Assembly (NCBI GenBank): GCA_026025075.1
Contig: JAPEUI010000004.1
Coordinates: 124,001-188,000, forward strand
Direction: 5' to 3'
DNA from: Vezdaea acicularis
Lineage: Eukaryota
Length of the DNA: 64,000 nucleotides
Position numbers and translations under genes: made by a program. A model generated the notes under the pieces. It was not told where the DNA came from. It saw nothing but the letters and a program-made list of their open reading frames with translations, and ran no database searches. This document shows, piece after piece, positions 19,095-30,667 of the stretch. The number at the start of each line of letters is the position of its first letter. The first letter of the stretch is position 1.

Positions 19095-21093
19095 TCAGAC
19101 ACCAAGGCCTAGACTAATCGCTAAGACTGCGAGGAGAATCCAGGTAATGGGTGGCGATATTGGTGGAGCATTGCTCAGATAATACGCCGCGCCAAGAAAA
19201 CTACAAGTAATACTTCCATCATCGCTTCTTTGTCCATAGCTGAAATTTCCTCCTCGAGCAAGGTCTGGACATTGGAATTGTAGCGACGCTGGACAGCTTT
19301 GGACCAGAGTGTAACATAGATCAGCGCAAGGTAGTACCTCCTTGTAAGGTCCAGGCTGAACTACCGAATCAATCGCGAGAAAGCGTGAAGAGTTCGCATA
19401 GGCCCGCTGCAACATAGTCTGACCATCTTGCAGTAAGCCTTTATCTAGTTGCGTGTTATTCAGGAACTTCTGTGCCACGTTCCTTGGCTGTAAGAAAGCC
19501 TTGTCCGAGGAGAAGTCGTCGCAACGAGGAATAGTGACAGCGCAGAGCCATTCCTTGTAAGCTGCTGCACAATCGTCGCATGTCTTCACCAGAGAGTATT
19601 GAGCGGACGAGGTTGTGTTACATGCGATCTGGGCGAGAGAGTTGGTGAAGTTCTGATAGAGAGACAACGTGTTGTTGTCGTAGAATTGGGTGAGTTTATT
19701 GATATCCGGGAATGTGGAAGGGTTTGCTGGCACAGCATAGGCGACTTCCGAGCAGAAGGTCAGATTAAAAAGCACCTGGCAATTCCCATCTGAAGCAGTC
19801 AATTCACATTCTTGACGATTGCATGGTTGGGAAAAGGGGCTTTCACAACATACCGGCCTTAGTAGTAAAGTTCATCATCTGCCAGACTTTGCCGCCACCA
19901 CCCACAACACTAGCGCCTCCAGCGGTAGAATTTCCGAACATCGCAAGGAATCCATAATACGTAGAAGAACCATTAAGACCCTTCAGGAAGAATTGTTGCT
20001 TGGGTTTGTTGGCCAGACCGCGTGTTGTGATGTTCATGTCAACGTTAGTACTTCGTTGCCCGTCGCTGTGATACCCAGCTATCTGCGCGTGGTTCGCAAG
20101 ACCGCAATATGAGTTCGTCAGTCCTTTGATCGAGCTGTCATTCATGTTGTGAGCGAACAGACTGAACGGTAATGGATTAATGTTGACCCATTTTTTGTAT
20201 ATTGGATCCGATGGTGCGAGCTCAGTGAGATTGTCGGTTATTAAGAGTGCATGTGAGTTGTCGCTATCAATGAACAAAAGATTCGGCGCAGAAGAGTTAA
20301 GGGAATGAAAGTAGGAGTCGATTGACGCTGCAATGTCATAATTGTAACTACCAATGTATTGCGAATTCGTCGGTGCATGAACACCAATGAAGATATCGCC
20401 AGCAGACACAGATACGTTGAAGCTAGCATACCCCTCGACTACCTGGACTTGCGTCTGTTGACTGATAGTACCACCTGGGCCTGGTCTTGGATTATTCGGA
20501 GACGTAGAATAATAAAGCTCTAATTGAGGAGGAGGTGAGTTCGCACTGCGAGTATCGTTTGACTGCGGCTGTAGGCACGCTGTCAACGAAACATACACTG
20601 TTCGAAGACCTAGATCTTGTCTTTTCTTCAAGCCTGTAGCCAATTCACCAGAATGTTCTAGGTCGTGTCCCTCGTCATCCTCGAAGATTCCCTCAATATT
20701 CCCTTCTCTCCTTAGCACCGGCGATGGCAACCCGGATGGAGTTGCAGAGTGATTGCCCAAAACCGAAGCATTGGTGAAAACCCAATAGTTTGTGTCGCCT
20801 TGATTTATGTTCAAGTTGATCGGGTAGTTATTAGTTAGAGCCGTAGTTCCAACCTCAGCCCGTCCGATAATCCCCCTGTCAGCGCCTATGAACTCCGGCT
20901 CATACCTATTGATTTCTTCTTGAATTTCTGCTGAAAGGTCTCGCCATGTATCTCCTGTTTGTACATCACTAGAGTGTGCAACGTCCGCACAGCTTGCTAT
21001 GGTTACAAGTGTTCCTCCGAAAACGGCGATGACTATAGCAAGGATAGAGCTGCTAGAGTAGCAGTGAAGGGGGCAAAGACTAGGAGATCGCAT
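19095..21093 (-). CDS. MID1: Ca2+ channel (Cch1) regulatory subunit Mid1
   Basis: N-terminal hydrophobic signal and many N-x-S/T sites. Cys-rich C-terminus FCSEVAYAVP...CDDCAAAYKEWLCAVTIPRC...YKEVLPCADLC..LVQSCP. Hydrophobic tail. One intron at ~19852-19791. Confidence 0.92.
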
Positions 21094-21711
21094 CGCAAAA
21101 AGTTCTATCTCGTCGAACCGCCCATGGCAATGGAAGGTCTAGCTATAGCTTGTCGTGAGCAAGCAATGTACAGGACGCGTGCGCAAGCTCTAGTGCCCAG
21201 AAGTGGGCTGTGTCGTATGGAGGCCAGTTTAGGGTAGCGACGTGGTGCTACCATCCAATACAGTTATGGCAAAATCGGTGCATGAAAGACCCGTAAGGGC
21301 GACTAAGGCAATACAGAGCACGAAAACTGGAGTCTAACTGTTGGACAGGGCAGAGGATGTATTGCCTGCGCCGCATCAGATTCAGAGAAATAGGTGCGTG
21401 ACCGGACTTTCTGGTCTTCCGTATGCCGACCAGGGGGTTACGAACCTCTATCAAGCTCAACCCTCCAACACTGGCGTTACAAGGCATAGCTTTCTAGGCA
21501 TCCACTTACTTTCTTGGTCTTTGGCCTCCACGTTTCAGAACTTGATCAAGACTCTTTCTTTAAGAAGATCAGCCCCCAGTGGCCCCACCAAAGTCTTCCT
21601 TTTGAGTACAGATTTCCTGCCCCATGAAACCCCCCCCCCCTTGCAATACCATCACTATTATGACGGGCGCCGTTGTTACACACACGGAAACTCTATGATC
21701 TGAACATCAAG

Positions 21712-24700
21712 ATGTCGCGAGCTTCTCCAAGCATGTATACAAATGGCGCGGGGTCAGACGGGCTGCCAATCTCACGAGAACGTCGGGCGGGTGGATATGG
21801 CGGCTTCGCTGGAGACAGCGCGATAGGCCCTAGCTACGAGAACGATAGAAGCAAGGAGGCAGAGCTAGAACCTTCGGGTGGTAATTGGAGACGTAGAGCC
21901 GATCGAGGCGACAGAGACTACTCAGACCGTCAACGGGATCGCGAAAGGCGCATTATGAATGGCGGTGGTCGAAGAGGCATTGAGGGTGGGTTTGATGTTC
22001 CATTTGAAGCCCTTCTCACATAGCACCCCGGTTGGGGTAGAATTCTCTGAAGATTTGCGTCGTTTTCTGTATACCCATGGAGGGGGGAAGTGAATGCATT
22101 GAACACGCCGGAAGGTTGCATCTAGCGGATTCCTTTCATCCATCCCGCAACCACCGTTTACTATCATACTTTCCCTTGTATAGAGAATTCGGAACGTGAT
22201 GGCTGATTACATTGATATTGAAGATGTCCTCGAGAGTATACGGCAAGACTTTCCCTTCATGATGGACGACAACTGTATACCTGTCCAAGTCGCTCTTCAG
22301 CTTATGGACTCAAGCTCTCTCGGACTTGCACACCAATATGATCAGTTCGGAGACGTACACAAGCAGTTAGAGAAGGCTTTGAAGGCCATTGTCAATGGTA
22401 AAATCCCTTTCTAATAGTGGACCTAAGCCAATGCATAGCAAAGGTACAGTTTGCAGCTAGCGCCATGACTCTGGGGCTGACATCAATTTTCACATTGGTC
22501 TAGAGCATCATCAAGGCTTCAACAGCTCTATTGGGACGTTTCACAATATCAAACACAGTATACAGACCTCTATAACTCGAGTTCGGTCCCTAAAAGATTC
22601 TCTTGCAGAAGCGAAGGTGAATCTGGCGTCAACGAAGCCTGAACTCAAGCCGCTTGCAACGGTTTCACAAGAATACGACGAAATGCTCCAAATTCTGGCT
22701 CAAATGTAAGTTTCCTTACGAAGGCCACCGCATTGAATTCTCACGTCCATGATTTCTCAATAATGGTAACAGAGAGAACTTGCAAGCCATTCCAGAAAAG
22801 CTTGAAGCTCGTATGACCGAGAAGCGGTTTCTGACCGCTGTCGATACCCTTCAAGAAGGACTGAGAATTATTAAGCGGACCGAGCTTGAGAACATAGGGG
22901 CTCTTATCGATCTCAAAAGCTACTTGACCAGTCAAGAGACATCACTCAGCGAGATATTGATTGAAGAGCTACACAGCCACCTGTATCTAAAGTCTCCATA
23001 CTGTCAGGACAGATGGAAGCCTTATAATAACGATCAGAGTAAGAACACAGGTCCAATAAGGCCGATAACGATAACATCAGATACCAAACCTATTGCAAGC
23101 TTTCTAGAAAAGCTCGATGTATCGGCACCAATGATAGAAGATGCGTCGCGGAATCCAGAAGCTGACAGTTTCTACTACATCCAACTACTCGTTGAATCAC
23201 TCAACAAAATGGGTCGACTTGAACACGCTGTGAATAGCATCGAGCAACGTTTGCCTATTGAGATGGATCGAGTTGTTGATAGGACTATCAACGAGGTCGA
23301 CAAAAGACATCCCAGCACGCTGCGTGGAAAGGTCCGGAGTGACAGAGGTAAGACAGATCTTGTTATCGAGAAAGACGACATTCGCGCGACTATCATCCGA
23401 GACCTCCTATCAAACCTCTACTCCAAATTTGAGGCCATAGCTCAAGGCCATCGAGTCCTTCATGATGTCGTTGCCGGTATTGTGAGGCGAGAGGGTTTAC
23501 GGAATGCGGGTTACCTCACTGGAGGCTTCAAGGAATTATGGAAACTCTACCAAAACGAGATGAAGAAGATACTACACGACTATCTCTCCACAGACAGTAA
23601 TTCAGGCTATCGTTCAGGGCAAATACCCGCTGGGGGAGGCAATATATTCCGTAGCCAGCGGGACAAGTCTAGGAGGATTGTAAAGCTAGAAGATCACGAT
23701 AGCAAGTCGGAAGACATGGCCCAAGATGAAGCTGAATTGGATGCTATCCTTCAGTTTGAAGTCCCAGGCCTTGTTTCCAACTCACGGCGGGTGCCGAGCT
23801 CTGGTGTCCTTAACGTCAACCAGCATCAGGATGGATCAGCAACTGGGCATAAACTCTTGATCGAGCCAAGCGTCTTCAATATGGGTCTTCTCCTTCCTCC
23901 ATCTCTCACTTTTCTTCAATCATTGAAGGATACCGTCCCGCCTCAGTAAGTACATCTCACATTGAACTCTAGATATCTCATTAACATTGGTTAGGTCTGA
24001 TATTGTCCTCAGTAATCTAACCTCTTTCCTCGACGACTTTCTTGTGAACGTCTTCTTGCCACAGCTTGAAGACACCCTGGATGATCTATGTAGGGATATT
24101 ATAACAGATCAAGATGCGTTTCAACAAGATCCACAATGGCAACATGTGGCTCGAAAGCCAGTCTCCAAGGTATAGCCTCTTTGAATTCTTTTGCGAGTCG
24201 ATTCTGACTGTGAGTAGGGTGCTGTCGCTTTCTTTGACCTTATTCTGGCATTCTGTAAGATGCTCGCCACCATACCCCACGACCAGGACTTTACCCAGCT
24301 CATCATTGGTCAAATGACAACATACTACGAGAATGCTTGTAGCAATTATAAAAGATCTGTACTCAAAATGCAGTCGCAGGGCGAGTCAGGTGGCCGCTTG
24401 AAGGCCTCCGCCGCCTTCGCAGAGTCAATTGAATTGCGCGACCTGCTGCAGAAGATTTGGCTTGCCGAGGGGTCGCAACGGGAGAAGTTCTTGGAAGATG
24501 AAGCCAACCTTCTCATACAGAAAACCTCCGACGATCTGCTTAGCAATACCGATATCATTACGGACCGAAAGAAGGTTGCATCATTGTGCTTGCTCTACAC
24601 AAGCCTGACTTGGCTTGCTGTGAAAATAAATGATCTTCGGCACATTACCACAACCTCCTCTGAAGTGACTCGCAAGAGCGATGGCACGCGCCAGGGGAAG

Positions 24701-25480
24701 CGCTGGACTTTGCTTACGCCTTCACAAAATAGATTATCAGCTGTCTACCTACCTATGACTTCTGAAACGGTCACAACCTTTGATGGGGTTCTCTCATCAT
24801 ATCGTGAACTATCTGTACTCGTATTACGGACACTCAACATTGAAATTCGATTACATATGATATTTGCTCTTCGAGAAGCAATTCAAAGCACTTATCTACT
24901 TCCGCAACCAGTGTCTGCCCCAGATCCAGCGATTCTCGCAATGAATGCTGACCTAACCCACTTCGACGAGGATATCGGCTCCTATATGAGAGAAACAGAG
25001 AAATTGTAAGTCCAAAATCTAGATTGTCCAGGAGATGATAGTGTCAATTGCTCGCCGGCTTACAACGCTCTGTCTAGGTTTATAATTGGCGGCCTCGGTT
25101 ATCTTGTCTCAACCCAATTTCTTGCACTCATCACCAGTCAACCACCGGTGATTGTGACCTTAAATGCCAACGGTTGTGCACTACTACAGCTCAACGTCCT
25201 AGTTCTCCAGCAGAATTTGAAGAATATTGAGGCCCGGGCGTCATTGAGCCGAGCATCGGAATTTCTTACTTTATTTGCATCGGGAGCGGACGCCATTGTA
25301 AAGCGCGCACAGGAGACAGGCGGAAAAGATCTAGGCTTCTCCTACGACGAGATGAACGCTCTCATCAGACTTTGCTTTTCCGAGAGAATGGCGAGCTCCG
25401 AGCAGAATGATGCCGTACAGGCAAAGAGGCAGCATGATGAGAAGGCGTTCGAATTGACCCAATACATGTGGCAAAGCTAG
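21712..25480 (+). CDS. SEC8: Exocyst complex component Sec8, multi-exon
   Basis: Motifs CIPVQVALQLMDSSSLG, EHHQGFNSSIGTFH, LIEELHSHLYLKSPY, NPEADSFYYI and GHKLLIEPSVFNM. First intron 21986-22223. Confidence 0.92.
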
Positions 25481-25791
25481 ATAGCGACGCTGCTGTCACA
25501 AAACAAAACCACATCCTCGCCATACGCTCGAATACATAGAGCTAGACATTACAAGTCCGAACATTTACCAGTCAATGCACTGCGGTCAAATTCGTGACAC
25601 CGAAAGCCCTTAAGGATTCATCCTCCACGCAACTGCATGGCTGGATATACGAACTTATTCCGGGAACCCATGCAGATACTGGTAGCGGCGATTGCAAGCG
25701 TTTGTTTGGGGATATGCACAGAATTAACATTTCTGTACGGGGCTTTCCTTAAAAACAACCGCCAGAAATGCCGCTCTCAGAAGTCTCCACA

Positions 25792-28700
25792 GTTTCAAAC
25801 TTGCATGAGGCTTTCGTTACCTTTTTGTGTGAAACCGCTTACAATCCTTGAATACTTGGACCGAATCGCAAAGAATGGACGCGTGCGCGATGAGCAAAAG
25901 GAGGCGTTCATGCAGAAGGGCCTCTTTGTAGCAGCTTGCGCACTATCGAATCATCAACTCTCCAAAGCCAAGAGCCATAGCCTGCCGCATCTAGTGAGTG
26001 GACGACAATGCTCATCATCGCCCCTAGCGGCGCGTTTGAGAGGTGGCCAAGAAGCGCAAAGCCATGGTTGCGTTTTCACGTCCAGACTATGGCTTTACTA
26101 AGTTTTCAAAGCTTTCTCAGGAATCTCAACGTGCCATGATGAACGCAAGAACCTCCCCCCTCGTCTGCGCTCAGTCTCCATCTAAAGTACGTCAAGTTGA
26201 AGGTAGCTTCAACAACAATGACAAGTAGTTCGAGACGCTGTTTCACTGCAGCGCCCCACAGCGTTGCTCCACTTCAAGAATAGCATAGTTCATGGGATGG
26301 TTCAGAGGTCGCCCCAAGGGGGCGCTTTAACCTCACAGAAGCTTGGACAGTGCCAGCCGAGGTGGCAGGTTCGTGGCCTTCTTGGTTGGGAAAGCGGTGA
26401 GAGGGACAAACAATTCTCGCCGTCGTCTCAGAGGCTTGCCGATTATACGCAGACTCAAACGAGCCAAGCGATGGGGTATGGAGCACGTTCCAGCGATACA
26501 TTCAGCCGGATATGGAAGCACGATCCGTTCGCTTGCCCAAAAGTTCCAGGTTGTTCCAGAATGCTTCATGTGCTCGTCGCCATAGGAGCGGGCGGAAATT
26601 CAGGGGCACGAGGAACGTGGTCATCCTACACGCAATAGTGAGCACCAGATCTAGATGCAAATGCAGCAAGACATTCTCCCCACGACAAAGGCTTATCCAT
26701 CCCTGCCAAGACGGTAGGAATACTGAGTTGTAGCCGGCCCCATAAGTTCCTATCTCCAGGTTTCAGAACACGGTGACCCTCAAAAATCTTTCCCGAAGTG
26801 GGAATGCAGTACACCAGAAGGAAAAGTGAGACCTCGACCACTCTGTTCGAGACAGAAATGGGGAAGATGTTCATATCAACAGTCCCCTCTGGGCATTGGG
26901 CAAGCGAGTCGGTAGCAAGCGTGTGCACGTGCGCATCCAGGTCGCACCCAGAGCCTTGATCACCAACAGCCGACCGGAGAGCGAATCCAACGCAAATCTA
27001 TGATTTGCAAAGAGGATGAGGACGGTGACTATGCCTACGATGCTGCATCGAGGCGCGACGGCGAGTTCGTCCCGCGCGAAATGTTGAGACCGGCGGTGAT
27101 TGGTGGAATTTAGCCATGTTTCATTAGGGAGCTAAACCGCATCCGGTTAAATGGGGTTCTCCGAGCGACACGCCCACCTCCAAAGAAAGGAAAATTAAAA
27201 ATAGAGCGCGCGACCGCATTCTCCTCGCGACTGAGGGTTCACGGGAAGGTTGCATCGGCGCCCGGCTCCAAGGTCCAGATGCCAGGAATAACGTCGGCTG
27301 ACCTTCCCGATGCACGCTTTCGTGGAGCCTCGGGTCCGGTGCGTTTTCGATCGTGTGTCGCGAGCTCTGGATAAAATGTTGCTGATGAGCTCTGATCGCG
27401 GCTGCACTCGAGCGCGGGACAAGCGAAATGAGGTGCTGAGTTGCGAGTTTAACGTTTCGCCGCGATTCGAGATTCCCTCGTGGCGGCGGGCGAGGGGAGC
27501 ACCGTGGTTTCATCGGATGATCAAACAGCCGGTCGTCATCGCGCGAGCTGCGCAGGGACGCGCGACGCTTCGAACTCTGGGCCATCTTGCCGTTCCAGCG
27601 CTGGGAGAAAGCTTGATGGCTTCACGGTTTCAACGGCTGGCTTTCATCTGTGCACGCTCCGCCTCTCTCGCTTGATTGGTGCACTCGCTTTGATGTCTTC
27701 ATCACCGGTCGAGCCGACGAGGTGCCAGTCGTGGCCCTCTGCGGTTGCCAGCGACGCCTTTATGAAGTGGACAATTATCCCCACGCCGGCCTATCAAGTA
27801 CGGGGCACCTCCGCGTAATAAGCGGTCCAGCAAGCTCATTCATCGAGCAGCCAGTTGCTGATTCCCCTGCGAGCGCGATGCGTGATGCAGGTCATAGCGA
27901 GTGGCCGCCGGATCGCCGGACGGACGACGATTAAGCCACCCCTGCCCGTCGAGGGGGTGCATCGGCCGCGGACCAGACCCGAACCGGCGCGATGAAGCGA
28001 AGCGACGCTGCTCCAGCCTGCCCACGCCTGCGCTCGCCAACGTTTCACGTCGTCGACCCAACCGCGCTCCCCCGCACGTCTCCCTCCCGAGCAGCTGCAC
28101 GCGAGGGCACATCACATCATCAACGTCCAGCAGTCCACACCGAATCAACGGCCACCAGGCGCCTCCAGTCATCCAGGAACAGAGATCGCATGGCCAGTCA
28201 GCAAAGGCGGCTGTCTCTCGCGTCCGACCCGGCTCAATTCGTTCGTCGGCCAGGATCAATCCTTCGGCAGCGCGTGTCCTGCCTCGCTCGGTCGCTCCGT
28301 CCGAGACCTTGGTCCAGTCCCCGTCCAGGTCCGACGTCTGCGCCAGTCAGATGGCAGCAGCGTGTCTCTGCCACGGCGCATCATCCTGTTCTTGCCCTGG
28401 TCCCCCAGTCCCCGAGCTCGGCGCATCCGCCCTTCCCTCCCCACCACAGCGCCAGCGCCAGCGCCCGCGACTGGCCTCGCAGGCTCGAGTCCTACCGCGC
28501 ATGCACCGTGGACGCCGATCTGGAGTCTTGCCCATGTACTCCGGCCGAGCGCGATGGGGAACACGCCTCCTGCGTCTGGCTGGATGACGAACACCGTCGC
28601 GGTGGGATGAGGTCGACGACGAGCACATGCTCGAAGCGGCGCTAAGCAGAGGCTGCGGTTGCCAAGTCGTGGTGCGCGGTTGGCTCCTCCGGCTGCCCCG

Positions 28701-30612
28701 AACGGGCCCGGCCAATCCGCACCGACCTCCCTTTGGCGCGGGTAGAGCAGGCAGCCGCCGACCAGCCAGTCGACCGCGCCGTGACGGAGGAGGGAAAGGG
28801 CGACTGCGGTGGGGAGCGCAGAGACGGTCCGTTGATAGGGCCGAGTCCCTCCGATCGGCCCTCCGTCCTCGACTCGCGAATCGGCAGAGTTTGACAGCAA
28901 CCTTCCAACGTCGAGCAGGAAGCGACGAATGCATTTTGCACGACGGGCGAGAAAGGGCCAGCAGATAAACAGACGGAGAGCGCAATGACGCTCGTCTTTG
29001 ATTACTGCGACGGCGTTCCCCAATCGTCGCCGGTCTCTCGGATGTTGTACCTGTCTCGGACACGCTGCCAACGGCCGTCGTATCTCGCCCCGGACACACG
29101 CACCTGCGTACTGTATGTCGTACGGCCTGGTCTCTCCTCCCTCTCGGAGCGCAGGAGGAGATGGCCCAAAGGCGGAGTTCGGTCAGACCCGTTGCGGCCT
29201 TCCCCAGAGTCAGATGCGCCTTGTGCTTTGTATCTAAATCGGGGGGCATCAACGTCCTACGGATTGAGGATTGTGCCGGAATTGCTTCATGAAAAAATAC
29301 TTGTGCATCTACTATCGCCCATCCGTGCCTGCTGTATTTTGCCGTTCCGTATCGTATCGTACCGTTCGTCGTTCGTCGGACCGTGGACGTGTCCGCCCCG
29401 CTTACCACGATCGGATCTGATTAGACTTTCGTCAGACTTTTTCCGTCGGTCGTCCCATTTCCCAAAGCAGACAATCCCACGACGAGGCGGATGACATCCC
29501 ATGGAGATGTCCGGCTCCCGCGGCGGTACCGTTCATGACCGTCATGATGTCGGCGCGAGAAAAGCGCTGCGCGGCGGTCGAAGGCGAGCGAACGGACGGC
29601 GATGGCCCAGCGTCGGCCGTTGGTGCCGCTGAGGCCGGGGGGTCGCTCGTCGTTCTCGCCTCCTACTGGGCCGGCGGCGGTGCATCCTCGCCCACTCCTC
29701 CTGGTCATCGCGCTCCTCACCGGCTGATTGGCCGGCTCTACTGCGTCTCTCGGCGGCCTCTGTGCCTCTGGCCGCTCGTTTTTGGCTCCAGTTCCAGCGT
29801 CGGTCCGGGGCAGAAAAGAGGCTTGCAATCTCTCCTGGCGCCTGTTTGGGCGCCCGCTTCTCAAACACTCGCACCCCATCCCAGCCCCCCCCTGCCCTGC
29901 CCTAGCCCATGCCCTCTTTTTCCCCTCTCCCTCCCACCCACACCACCCCCCAAGTCCCCACCTTCTTCGTATCTCGCCAATCCGCGCCCACCACCCGTCC
30001 TCCACCGCCGCCCTTTCCCCCCCCTCCGCTTCTAGAGCAGCCCGAAAAGCCAAATTCTGCTTCTGCGACACCCGCCCACCCGCCTCTGCCCATCCTCAAA
30101 CATAGCCTGCTCCTCATCCTCCTTCTCCGACACACGCACCTCTCTGACCGTCCAAACGCCTGCTCTCCACCGTTCTTCCAAACCTCCATTTATTGTCGCA
30201 GGTTCGTCACTACTTCTCATCGTCGTCTTCTACCTCCGACTTGCCGTCGAGACAGCGACGCCGGAAACCCTCTCGCCTTTCCTTCTCTTCTTTTTCCTTT
30301 TCTCGTTTCATCGCCGGCTGTGTCCGACGACGATTCCGTAACGGGCCGGCCTGTTCGCTCCATTCGACCGCCTTCCCATCAACAACTTCAAAACACGACG
30401 CTCGAGGCAGGTTCCTCGCACCCTTCGTTTTTCCCCCAACAATCGTTTGATTCATTCGTTGTCCGATCGACTCGTCTGCTATACCCGCGACCGCCCGAAC
30501 GTCCCCCCGAAACGCTTCAACCCTTGGTCTGCCGACGTTCGATCCTCGATACGCAACACGCAATTCATCTCTCTCTCTACCAATACTCACGCCAGTCGTC
30601 GATTCCGTTTCA
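25792..30612. promoter_or_regulatory. Long STE12 upstream/5' leader region with multiple TGAAAC (pheromone-response-element-like) cores
   Basis: GTTTCA/TGAAAC at 25792, 25830, 26240, 26760, 27118, 27507, 27627, 30305 and 30607. Two are full TGAAACA (26239, 27117). A pyrimidine-rich promoter-like tract lies at ~29870-30310. Confidence 0.35.
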
Positions 30613-30667
30613 TCAAGTGGCCATTGGATAGCAGAGCTTGATCGACCATTGGATCTTTTACAACTTA

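Noticed and set aside
27375..27457. Hammerhead-ribozyme-like CTGATGA...GAAA core
   Set aside because: Stem II is only 3 bp and stem III cannot form; consistent with chance.
25637..30631. Many long overlapping ORFs on both strands upstream of STE12
   Set aside because: Arg/Pro/Ala/Gly-rich with no motifs; expected from stop-codon scarcity in GC-rich DNA.
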